A stretch of DNA of 64,000 bases. It comes from Azolla caroliniana (Eukaryota; Plantae; Polypodiophyta). The position numbers were made by a program, and so were the translations under genes. Below are positions 12,900 to 24,900 of the stretch, in pieces (position 1 is the first letter of the stretch; each line of letters opens with the position of its first letter). The stretch lies in the NCBI GenBank assembly GCA_043228905.1, contig JBHGNT010000003.1, positions 6,200,001-6,264,000 on the forward strand, given 5' to 3'. Below the pieces are notes generated by a model that saw nothing but the letters and a program-made list of their open reading frames with translations, was not told where the DNA came from and made no database searches.

Positions 12900-13350
12900 G
12901 AAAGAGATAGATAGATGGGTATATTTTATTAATGCCATGAAAGGTCATATATGGCTTATGAGACCAAAAAGATTACATTTCACATAATACATGTGAGAGT
13001 AAGTAGCGACTCTCGATGTTCGAGAACTTCACCGACAAATGTTGTAGTCAAAAGTGCACACTATGATTGTGAGAGAGATTCCTACAAGGACGGGGTTTGG
13101 TTGAAGATGTGTGGAAAGCATAGTCAAATGTGATCAAAGGCAGAGTAATTGTATCAAAATGTGATATTTAGATTCCCATCGGGCAAAGGGTGCATAGTCG
13201 ACTACTCTCATCACTTGTGCCCCAATGCCCCATCTCACATCACAATGTGTGTAAGCCAAGTTGCATCGAAGGAATGGTTCGGACGGTTGATAATAATATG
13301 GGGTCTAACATGTAATGTTGTGTGTTATTTCCCCATTCTAGGGATACTGA
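12900..13350 (-). mobile_element. 3' end of an RTE/CR1-like (RTEX-type) LINE, copy 1
   Basis: Minus strand reads LHTL.CEMGHW..SRLCTLCP..KYHILIQ (a CCHC-type C-terminus). Same sequence family as 16360-16510 and 39098-39342. Confidence 0.65.
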
Positions 13351-13379
13351 CGTATAAAGACAAAGACAAAGATGAAAAG

Positions 13380-15790
13380 AGAGTTCAAAGAGCTCAATCT
13401 AATTCAAATACTGAGATCGTTTCCTCTTTTTGAGATATTGGGGTTTGCATCATAAGTGGTATATTGTTATGCTTTTGTATTTTTTGGTAGGCATGGAGTT
13501 AGAGCACATCTATGAAAGTTGAAGGGAGTATTGACGTGGCAAATTTATTTGTTAGACCAAGTTGAAATTATTTCCTTAGTGGAGTGTTGTCTTGCCTATT
13601 GGCAATCAACATATCCCACTACCCATGTACAAATTACACAACTCAATTGTGTACCATTGTAGTTTATTATTATTATTATTATTATTATTATTTAAATAAA
13701 TTGCACCATAGTTTCCATTGCCAATCCAAAAAGCATATACAAGACATATAATGATACAATGTAGTGGCGGCTAAGATATCCCCCATTGTGTCATAATTGA
13801 AACCAACCTCCACCTATGGAGGAAACAACCATCGCGGGGGTACATATTGCCAATCCATTTTGTCATTTCTCTCCACAAAAACTAATAAATCCTTCCATTT
13901 GCCTTAAAGGATTGTTGTTTCCGAAAAATCATATCTTCATTACCCGTGAAGGAGTCATATTGACCTTTTAAAATTGAGATAAGCATTGACCAAATTTCCT
14001 TCACACAAAGAACAAGATTTTGCTTTATTTGCTGAAACACAAATTTGCATCAATCACTCCAAATATTCCATAGAGCCACCGATGATATCGTAACCCATAC
14101 TTTGGCATCCACATTCAACCGATTTGAGCTTGAGTATGGTATGTCCTTAACTTGCCTTCCCCTAGTTTGAAAGATAAATAGTATCTTTTCCCTTTCATAA
14201 TTATGCTTATACACATTTACGTCCATCCAAAAGACATTTCCCCATGTAATAACATTAGGCCCATATGCAACATCGATGAGGCGCAACATACGTTTCCAAA
14301 CAGAACATGCGACCATACAATTCCATAAGGCATGTTGATTGATTCCAAGTGAAGCCCACACAAAGAGCAAGTTTTGGTTCCCTCTTCCATATGCATCCAT
14401 TCCAAGATTGGAAGTGCATCGTGGACACATAACCATCTAAATGTAATGATTTTGTGAGGAATCTGTAGCGCCCACAACCATTTCCAAAATGCCAATACTG
14501 AATGCATAGGAATATTATTATTTAACCATACCTTAGCTGCAACCAGCATAACTAGATTCCTCCTTCGTTGGAATTACCTACCTAATTTTACAAAGTAGTC
14601 AATGAAAGAAACCTTCTTGCCAGTAACATCTCTCCACCACCATTCCGTTGGATCCCACTCTAACTCCAATAAAGGGCTTCCTATCACAAACCCAAATATC
14701 CCATAAAGGGTTTACTTTTTCAAGATGGAGATCAATAATACATACCTTCCCTATTTTTGCAGCCACCCTAATAGGCTTCCCCTCCACTAATTCGAGAAGG
14801 TCATCCTCCATAGAGACCCGTTGCAAATTTCCCTCCGAAACTATTATATATGCTAAAAAGGATTCATTAGATGTATAAACTCTTGCTCCAATCAAGACAT
14901 TAAAAGAAGAGAATGCCCTATACCATACATGGTTTGAATTAAAAGAAGAAGGCAAAATCCTATTACAACCGTTACTTATCTCATGGAACATTAACGTACC
15001 ACCTCTTATTGATTTCAAAACTTGTTCCTTAACATCCATAGAGGATTGATTAAAGTTTAACCAAGTACCAACATTGACTGCAGATGCCTCATCAACTGCC
15101 ACCCAATTTAATATTGTCCTTCTTCCTAATATATTACCATAATCATTCTTAATCAAGGGGTTCCAGCAAATTGGTTGCCTTTTTCACTCGTCTTCCCATA
15201 TAGGATGTTTATGCACAAGATTTGGCAACAAACATTTCCAAGCTCTTAACAAAGAGTTAACAATTTTATCCGAAGTGAAAATAGAAGTCAAAGGCATATC
15301 CTCGTGCACAAACCACCACCTTACATTTCGCTTCCAATGTCCACCTCTACATGGAACCAATTCCTTCATACGTTCATGAAGTAACAACTTCCCTAGCTCA
15401 TTCCATGGCAACATACTTCTCACAACAAATTTCCCAAGTGATGCTCTACATTGAAACATTGGGTCTATCAAGCCTAATCCGCCCTCGTGAGGAGGAGATA
15501 TTATTACCTTCCACGCAACTTTAGATCTTGCATTTGCATCAGATGCACCCCATAAGAATTTGCGGACAAGCCTCTGTACGTGAGAGAGAACATATATTGA
15601 AAACAACCAAGATGAGAGGATATACCACATCGAAGATAGAAGCACTTGATTAGCAATTACAATTCTTCCAGCCAATGATAAATGTCTCGAAGACCAAAAC
15701 ACCAATTTCCTCTTCAATGACATCAACAAAACATTGTAGTATTTTTCACACATAATTCTTAGTATAATCATGTGTTTTCACTAGAGAGGA
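13380..15790 (+). mobile_element. 3' fragment of the LINE-D family (13380-13663 + 15741-15790), split by LINE C
   Basis: Matches the 3' end of 39357-39660 (reverse complement). The remainder after LINE C ends ...GTGTTTTCACTAGAGAG, like the other D copies. Confidence 0.75.
13664..15731 (-). mobile_element. 5'-truncated L1-clade LINE (LINE C) with a (TAA)n tail and 9-bp TSD
   Basis: LSLAGRIVIANQVLLSSMWY; GGLGLIDP; CSLCGLHLESI (zf-RVT); WQYVPPRWLFPP. TSD CATTGTAGT at 13655-13663 and 15732-15740. Confidence 0.88.
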
Positions 15791-16359
15791 AACGAGGTGC
15801 ATGTATGCATTAGGTTGCAATATGCAAATGAACATATAGTAGAGGAGTTCTTAAGGTACATAATGGACAAAGTCATCGTGGCCTTTGTCCCAAACAAGAA
15901 ATACGTACTTATTGTTATTTGTCATTTACATCAATATATGTAACCAATATACGATTATTCAAAGATGTTTTGCACAATGTTACGAATAAATCCAAATATA
16001 GTATTTACAACATTCTTGCACTATTGACATATTCCATAAAAGAGAATTCAAGTTTTTGAGAATTTTGAATCAAAGTTTCTATATGGATTGGAATGAATGT
16101 CCCATTTGTTCCAATAATGGCGAGGTATATATGTGCATTACAACGTAGAAGAAGGAACTTATGATTGTCTTCTGATAAAGAGGTATTATTGTAGCAAAGG
16201 CAATAATTAAATATAAGGATAAATTAAAACATCAAAGAACAGGAAATAGAGATATCATGCACAATTTTTTTTACCAGTTTAAAACCATGTTATCGTTTTC
16301 TTCTAATATCCATTTCACTAAAAAAAAATCATACAACAAGTAACTAATGATAGATATAT

Positions 16360-16510
16360 AGATTATATTATCGTCTTCGAAGGTCAAATATGATCTATGA
16401 GACCAAAAATATTACATTTCACATGATACATGTGAAAGTGAGTAGCGACTCTCGATGTTTAAGAACTTTACCAATGAATGTTGCGATCGAGAGTGCACAT
16501 TGTGGTTGTG
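16360..16510 (-). mobile_element. 3' end of an RTE/CR1-like LINE, copy 2 (short)
   Basis: Nearly identical to the reverse complement of 39195-39342. Bounded by (TATC/TA)n on one side and (GT)n(GA)n on the other. Confidence 0.75.
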
Positions 16511-16530
16511 TGTGTGTGAGAGAGAGAGAG

Positions 16531-16728
16531 ATGAATGTAGCTCAGTTGGTAAGGTTGCCCAATGGAGACCAGGTGGTCATGTGTTCAACCCCTACATTCC
16601 ACGGTGGCATCTAGTGAAATAGAGATCTATATGAAGTATATAATAGAGAGGTGAGGAAATTGGGTTTCTAACCCAAGATCCAGTGCTTGTAGTGTTTTCA
16701 ACTTACCACTAGGGTAAGCTAATTACAA

Positions 16729-16733
<5 letters not shown>
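16531..16733. mobile_element. tRNA-derived SINE-like element with two convergent tRNA-like heads, flanked by (GA)n
   Basis: + strand: A-box TAGCTCAGTTGG (16538-16549) and B-box GTTCAACCC (16583-16591). - strand: A-box-like TACCCTAGTGG (16706-16716) and T-arm TTGGG-TTAGAAA-CCCAA (16660-16676). (GA)n at 16518-16531 and 16734-16765. Confidence 0.65.
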
Positions 16734-16769
<36 letters not shown>

Positions 16770-17580
16770 AATATATATTAACATCTTCTAAGACCAAATT
16801 TGGCCCATGGGACAATTGGTTACAACAAAATGGGATGTGTACCCAATCATTGAAAAAAAAAAATTTTAAAAATAGAGGCATACCTTTCTTAAGTCAAATG
16901 AGTTCACATGAACGATTGGAAGGTTGGGAAAGGAAGCAAAGTTTCCATTACAACAATCCCAAAACCAACATAATCGCAAAGAAGGAAGCAATATTTCTAA
17001 TTGGATTACACATAGTGGCAATCTCTATCCAAAATAAAGTTTCATATTATACAAGCATTGATTGAATTATGACGAGAATGTTTAAGATGAATTGTTGTTG
17101 GTCTACCACAAATACAAGAAGGAGAGCAATTGTTCAACATGGAGATGACTCGAGGATTTATACAAAAATATTCATTAATGTAAGGCTCTCCCTTTCACCA
17201 GATTCTAAAAGTGGCATAGTTTGTCAAATGTTTCATGCCATAGGTGACCCACAAAAAGGAGAATCCTAGAACAAGTTGATATGTTGCGAACCAACTTCTC
17301 TATCTTGGTCACTATTAATCTGAATGACATATATAGATAAATGTAAGCTGAAAATCACAAATTAGGGTAGAAAAATGCGGGGAACTATGCCACATTGATG
17401 AGATATAGAGCAAGATGCTAGATAAGATGCCAATTTCTTGGTTAGTTTGTCACAATGAGAGGAAGTCCATATGGATGGGGTCCAAGGATACATGAAATTC
17501 ACCTTGTTGTACTATAAGTAAGATTTTTAAAATGTTGTGCCATTTTAGTGTCGAAGGCATGGAGTAGGCAAGATGGGAAA
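16770..17580 (-). mobile_element. Possible heavily decayed LINE 3' region ending at (TC)n
   Basis: SSHLHVE-like motif on the - strand. Its terminus GGTCTTAGAAGA..TTAA.ATAT..(TC)n recurs at 41555-41610. Confidence 0.3.
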
Positions 17581-18900
17581 GGACAATTTACAATTTGTCT
17601 CGAAATAATGCAATACTAAAATGGCTAGCACACTACAAACATGAAAGCACGGCACATGATGCCCACATATAACACAATTCTTGTTTACTACTAGACCGAG
17701 TTCCCTTTTCATGCATGGAATCACGAGAACTCATCTGAAAAAAAAACAAATCGAAAAATATTCATGGGAATTTGGCAGAATTTTAATTTAGGATTTTGAT
17801 TCGCTTTTATAGATATCTTGAGCTGGCAAGTTCAGAAACTTGACCAACGTTTCAATGAATGAGGGTACCTTTTTCGTGAATGGACACTGTTTGCAAGATT
17901 TTTGAGGTAATAAACATATGCAAGAGCTCCACCCAAGGATATATTGTAATATATATAGCTTTCAAACTTTTACATGGATGTAAGGTAGATATTGGAAGAG
18001 TGAAAATTAGTATATAACATATATATATATATATATATATATATACGAATGTGTGTGTTGTTATAAGGATGGGATTGGTGTGTAAGCGTTCAAATTCACG
18101 TGTTTGTTACACAAATGGAGGAAAGAATAATCTGTTGTAATGCAAGTGTAAACGGTAAAGTTAGAAAGGAAAGTATAAGGTAAGGCTGCTAAAGTCATAT
18201 AAGCTTAAAATTACTTGATCCCATGCTAAATAAGCGAAAGTATGAAGTGGGATGCCATGTAAATATGATCATAGTTTACCCACAAAATCGAGGAAGAAAG
18301 GCAAATACGAAGGACATATTCAAAAAGTTACCTTAATGCAAGGTATGATTGAAGCTGCAAGTTTTGAGAGAAGGAGGGGACTTTACGAACAATGCCTCTC
18401 GTAGTTTCATGCCATTCTCAAAGATAACTCCATTATTCCTCAAATTTATCCCTGAAAGACTCTTACATTGAAGTCGAAGCTTTGTTAAGCTTCCACCATT
18501 TTGTGAGTCTTGCCCCCCCCCCCCCCCCCCCCTCGCTCCATTCCATATGGCATTACCTAAAATTTTTGCATCTCAAAAGTCCGCCCCTGCTCTTTTTTTG
18601 TCTACAATAAGAGAGATTGGAACGATATATATAAATACACACACACACACATATGTATATATATTATATACATGAAATAATGAATGTTCGAGAAGAACAC
18701 GGAAGTGTAGGTATGTGGAGGAAGGCAAAGGGGCAAGTATGGGAATTGTATGAGACATTTAGTTTATAATCTGGCCGAAGCCTTAGGACAGGAAGATAGC
18801 TTGAACGTGGTGTAGTGTGAAGTGGCCGAACGAAGAAATAGACCCTTGAGGTAATCCAAGTCCTTTTGAGAGCAAAACAAGCACATGAGTGGGCGGTGGT

Positions 18901-19180
18901 GATGCCACGTAGGCGGGCACGTGATGTGACATGATGCCACATAAGCGGGCACATGATAGGTCGGGATGCCATGTAAGCAGGCACGTGATGGGCAAGGATG
19001 CCACGTAAGCGGTCACTTGATGGGTGGGGATGCCATGTAAGCGGACGAGAGCGTGGAGAAAATGAACCCGGGGATGGGGGATGCCACGTAATCAGGACGT
19101 CCCCGCCACGTAAGCAGGCGCGTGAGTGGGCGGGACGCCACGTAAGCAGGTGAGACCGGAGCGGGGTGCCACGTCGGCGG
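18901..19180. repeat. GC-rich array of nine GCCA(C/T)(G/A)T-core units (first five at 32-bp period) upstream of MOR1
   Basis: Units start at 18901, 18933, 18965, 18997, 19029, 19080, 19105, 19134 and 19167. Several contain CCACGT or CACGTG. Confidence 0.85.
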
Positions 19181-19649
19181 CTAGGGTAGAAAAAAGAAAA
19201 AGGAAAACAAAAATAAAATGCACGCAGAGAAGTGAAATAAAAGAGTCAAAGAAAAAAAGAAAACGAAGAGAAAGGGAGGGGAAAATGAAAAAAACATAAA
19301 CATATATAAATAAGAATTAGAAAATAATAAATTTAAAATGACAAGGAAAATAAAAAATAAAAAAAAATAAATAAAAAAATAAAAAAATAAAAAAAAAGAA
19401 AGAAAATGAAAAAAGGAAAAAGGAAAAATAAGAAATGAAAACATGAAAATGAAAATGGGAATAAAATTAAGAAACAAAAAATGAAATAGAAAAAGAAAGA
19501 ATGAGAAAATTTGAAAATTTGGAAAATGGAAATAAAGTAAAAATGGGAGAATGAAAAATGGAAATGAGAGAAGATTTATTCCTTTTTAAAATTTTCTTTT
19601 TTTCATAAATTGATTAATTTATTTTTCAATAAATCCAGTAATTAATTAA

Positions 19650-20003
19650 TTTCTCTTTCTCCTTCTCCTCCTCCTCCTTCTTCTTCTTCTTCTTCTGCTG
19701 CTGCTGCTCTTCGTTGCTGTTGTTGCAGCCCTTCTTCTGTCTCCCTCTCTCAGAAATCCATAGCTTTTCCTTCATTCTTCACTCTTCTTTCTTCTTCCCA
19801 TTCCACTTCTTTCCTCCGATCTCCATTCTTCTTCCAGATCTCTCTCCTTCCCCGCTGCTTCTTAGCTCCGCCATCGCTCCCTTCCATTCCTTCTCTTCCG
19901 TCTTCTTGGAATAATTATACTTCCTCACCGATCTGTGTAACACAGGCGCACTCACACTCACGCTCGCACCCTCCCATTCTCTTCCATAAATCCTTCTCCC
20001 GCC
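19650..20003 (+). promoter_or_regulatory. Pyrimidine-rich proximal promoter / 5' UTR of MOR1
   Basis: (CCT)n(CTT)n(CTG)n Y-patch directly before the GCCATGG start, preceded by an A-rich tract at 19190-19570. Confidence 0.55.
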
Positions 20004-21852
20004 ATGGCCGAAGACGAGAAGCTTCTCAAAGAAGCCAAGAAACTCCCATGGGAAGACAGACTCGCTCACAAGAACTGGAAAGTCCGCAACGATGCAAACA
20101 TCGACCTTGCTGCTGTTTGCGATGGAATCATGGATCCAAAGGATCCTCGCCTCAGAGATTTTGGTAACCCTTTTGTCTGACTTAACCTTTCCATTAATCT
20201 TCCCCGAACTTCTCCTTCAACTTTGTCTTCGTCTGTAGACTCATTCCCCGTTGTGTTCACTATTCTTCCCCTTGACAGGTCCCTTGTTCAAGAAAGCGGT
20301 TTCGGATTCAAACGCACCTGTGCAAGAGAAAGCACTGGATGCACTGATTGCCTTCTTGCGGGCTGCAGATGCTGATGCTTCCAGGTATCTATGAAAAACT
20401 TGCGATCCGACGGGATGTTTCTAAACAATGTCGTGTATTGCTTCCTGATATGATACGTGGAAGAAGCTCTTTTGTGAATAAAAAAACTGTTTATGAAAAA
20501 ATCTACTTGTTTAAAACATTTCCCTATGTTGCGAACTAAGTGAAAGCATTAGGAAAAGTTCTGTTTGAAGCATGAAAGCAGTTATCTTGTGAATGGCAAA
20601 CCCATTATGAAACAAGCCTTTTGTACAGCGTGCTGGATAGACTGTACGCGATGCAATCCGAATTGTTTAACAATTTTGTATCAGGCATTCTAATCTGAAG
20701 CCTGGAAGAAGCTCCAGTAGTGTGAATTTAATCTTTTTATATGGGGTTTGATACAGTATCTCTGGAACAATCTACTTATTTAAAATAATTTCCTATTTTG
20801 TTTCGCGATGGGAGGCATGTAAGAAGCTATGTATGTGATCAGAGTATAGAGAAAGGGAACTATCTACCTACGACTGATATGCTTTCTCTGAAACAATCTG
20901 GCCATAAAGCAATGGACGATTTTGCTTCCCAAGTTGAGTATTGAGAAAATGAAATAAACTACTTTTGCTTACTGAGTAGAATCGTGGTTAAGCAGTTTGT
21001 GTGAATGAGCAGTGAAACATGGGTTGAGTGTTGACAAGGAATATGAGTGCGAAAGTCTACTTGCCTGACTGAGAGGGGATATGGAGGATTGCTCTGGTTT
21101 ATGAGAATAATAAAGTCATGTGAATGAATGAGGGTAAAAATAGACCTTCTACCCAGGGTTGACAGGGAAGGTGATGAGAATGCTCTATCTGATTGGTTGA
21201 ATGAGTTACAATTACGAGACATGGAGCTTCTACGGATGACCGTATACAAAATATGGAGAATTGGTAACTGTGTGAATGATTGTCAAGAAATAGAACTTCC
21301 AACAAGGATCAATGGGGAATACTACAAGAGGGATAAACCAATTATGTGGATGAACATTACGGAATGGAACTTCTACCTATGATTGGCAGGGATTATTAGA
21401 ATCATAAAAGTTAACGTTCCACATGCTACGGAACATGTTTTAAGTGATTGAAACTTTGATGTGAAAACTGTCCTTTCACGCTTCAACATTTGTCTCAACT
21501 TAAAATTAACGTATTTGCCTGTGATGATGAATGATTTGGATCCGTGCATGTTTCCAATGATTTTCTTCATGAAAAGTCATACTTGTGAGGATGTAATTGG
21601 GTCAGGGTTTACCCTGTGATTAATCAGTCGATCTATTTTTATTATATAGCACAGACATTACATGCATTGGATGAAGCCACCTGGAAATTTTGAATTGTTG
21701 AATGTCGATTATAGAACATCCTTGGTGACATCTGTCTTGTACCTGGGTCAGGGAAATTCTTTTCTACACCAGTTTCAACTTACATTTGACATATTGGAAT
21801 AGGCATTCCAAGAATTTTTCCATCCCATTCTTATGAAACATATGGTATATAA

Positions 21853-21920
<68 letters not shown>

Positions 21921-24900
21921 TTGCAAATATATTGCAATATTTGGGCCACCGTTGTCAACATCAAGGAAATGCCTATGTATGGAATATGTTTCTGTCATGG
22001 AGCAAACAAGACTTGTTTCAGTCAGGGTTTCCTTATGGAAATAAATGGAGTTTTTTCCACTGATGGACATCCCAAAAACCTTCTCAATGTGTGCTCTATC
22101 CCATGAGGAATTAAATTTTGCTATAAGACAACTTTTATGATCTTATATTTGTTAGGACATTTCCTTCTCTGGAATTTTCGGTTTTGTATTTCACATGCGT
22201 GTCTGATTTATGTTCGTAATATTTGGTTCACACATATGGAAAAACAAGAAGTCATTGGCATAAGCCATTGCATTTTTTGTCATAGGCTCATTTGATAGCA
22301 CTTGCTCTAGTGATTACCTACAGGCTTCTGTTTGCATTTGCCATTTCTTTATGTATTGGATGTTATGTGAAGATAAGTTGGCATTCATGCGTCCATGTTA
22401 AATATGCATTATGATTTCGGTTTTCTTTTTGTGACTGAGTAATCTATTTTGCATTGAGTCTGAATGAATTTCCCTGAAATGTATAGGATCTTAATTTGTT
22501 TACAACTATGCTTTAAACACAATGTATCATGATATCTCTAAATGCCATAGGGAAACAGAGTTGTTTTGTGTTTCTTGATATGCAACCTATTGTTTGGAGT
22601 CGAGCAGCAATGGAAATCCAGAAGCCTTCTTCATGAATATGTTCTAATGAACATGATGAATTAATGTAAAGAACAGATTCTCTGAGTACATGCTGTGTCT
22701 AAGACTGGACGGCTATGAGCCTAGATGGGTTATAAGATACCTATACTTGTTAATCTCCATTTTTCTCTTATTATGATCTGGCATCTGGATTCTTATAACA
22801 TGGAATTACTTGGATTGAAGGGAAGTGATCTACCCATATGACAAGTAATCTTGTGGAATGATTTCTGAAAGCTTTCATCCTGGTATGATGATCATCCTTG
22901 ACATACAAAGTCTACATCAAAAGACTGTAATTCAGATTGGTTGGCCTATGACATTTTGTGGGTTACAAGTAACGTCATACTTGTTTTCACATGCATTTTT
23001 TGGGTATTGTGTCCAGTATGAACATTTGAACTCTTGCATTATGGAACTACTGAGATGAACGGGAAACAAGACTCCCGTAAAACAAGTAATCTGGTAGAAG
23101 AATCTCTGTATCTTTGGTGCTGGGATGATAATCACCATTGACATTATGAAAGTCTATGGCAAAATCTATTATGAAATATTTGGCCTGAAGAAAGTATTAA
23201 GGCATATATGAAGTGATTAATGATCTGGTATTGATTTGTGTGTCATAATAAGTTTTCCTATAATATTTGGTTGACAACTTTGTTTAATTAATTATGTCTT
23301 CTTGTTACTTTGTAAACTTTTTGGGATTTTTTTTTCTAGATCATCATGTATGTTTGGTGTTTTTTGTGACTTCTAGACAGTGTTTATGTATTTAGTGCAC
23401 GTGAAGTTTTTGAAGTGGTCATTGTCTTATGGGAATTTTATATTAAAAACGTCGCTATATTTTGATGGAATGCTTTATTTTAAACGTTTACATTTTTTGC
23501 TTAAGTTCTGATTTAATGATTGTCATTTGGTCGGTTGTAGGTATGCTAAAGAAGTATGCGAGGCAATAGTTGCAAAATGTTTGACAGGACGCCCTAAGAC
23601 TGTAGAGAAGGCACAAATTGCGTTTCTTTTATGGGTGGAACTTGAAGCATGTGAAGTTTTTCTGGTAAATATTAAAGAAGTTTTACTGCAAGCTTTAGAT
23701 TTAGAAATGGTCTGTGTAACATATGTGTTATCCAAATTCCTGGTTTCATCTGACTCATGGCATTACAAACTTCTGAGATACAAAAATATGGGCTTTATAG
23801 ATGTAATTGTAATTCTCCATCTAAAATTCAGTGCTTTGATTGGGTAGAATCAACACAAACTTTATCATTATGCCTTCAAAATCTATCTTGATGTAAATAG
23901 TGTGGATTACATGGTCTGATACAGGGTTTTGGCACTTTCTTGTAATGTATCAGGAAGTTATGGAGAAAGCAATAAAGAATAAAGTTGCCAAAGCTGTTGT
24001 GCCAGCAATTGATGTCATGTTTCAGGCAGTCAGGTATTTTTTAGCATGTTTTTTAAGCTTTACCTTAACTTGTACTCATATTTTATCGTGCTATATTGGC
24101 TACAGTGAATTTGGCACCAAGGTGATTCCTCCCAAAAAAATCCTGAAGATGCTACCTGAACTATTTGATCATCAAGATCAGAATGTGAGGGCTTCTGCAA
24201 AAGGTCTCACAATAGAACTTTGTAGATGGATTGGGAAGGAACCTGTGAAGTCTATATTATTTGAGAAAATGAGAGATACGATGGTATGTCATGACCTTAG
24301 TCTACATTTTTATTTTTTTGATACGGTCCATATATTTTTATGTTCATTCGTTATCATTGCCTGCTAACTGGTTATCTTTTCAGAAAAAAGAGATAGAAGG
24401 AGAAATGAGTTCGGTATCTGGGGTACCAAAGCCAACACGCAAAATTAGGTGAATTGCCACTTACTTGCAGAATATGTGAAACCAGTTATAAAAAAGTGTA
24501 GATGCGTAAAAGTAATAGCATTATAGAAAAGTATATGTTTGAACTCTAATTTCCATGGTTTATAAATTTTACTTGTACAGATCTGAACAAATAAAAGAAT
24601 CAGAAGAGGACATAGCAACAGAAACTTCTGGGCCTGTAGCCCCTGAAGAGGCTAGTGTAGTTGGTCAGTAACCACAGCGGGCGTTTCTTGATAAGTGTTT
24701 GCTTATGTTTATTTTAGCCTGTTTTAACTTTTACCTATGTCCTGATCAGGACCATCAGAGATTGATGAGTATGACCTAGTAGATCCGGTTGACATCTTGA
24801 CTCCTCTTGAGAAGTCTGCGTTTTGGGAAGGTGTGGTAAGTGGACTTTTCTCATAGTTTATGCATAAACTTTTAAGCTCTTACTGAATTTTACATTCATA

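Noticed and set aside
16531-16605. Functional tRNA gene
   Set aside because: A and B boxes are present, but the D, anticodon and T stems do not pair properly.
18901-19180. CRISPR-like repeat/spacer array
   Set aside because: The variable parts are only ~7 bp, the repeats are degenerate, the context is eukaryotic and there are no cas genes.
21128-21382. Nested gene in MOR1 intron 2 (84-aa ORF)
   Set aside because: Short, with no recognisable domain. It may be a retroelement scrap but I cannot support that.
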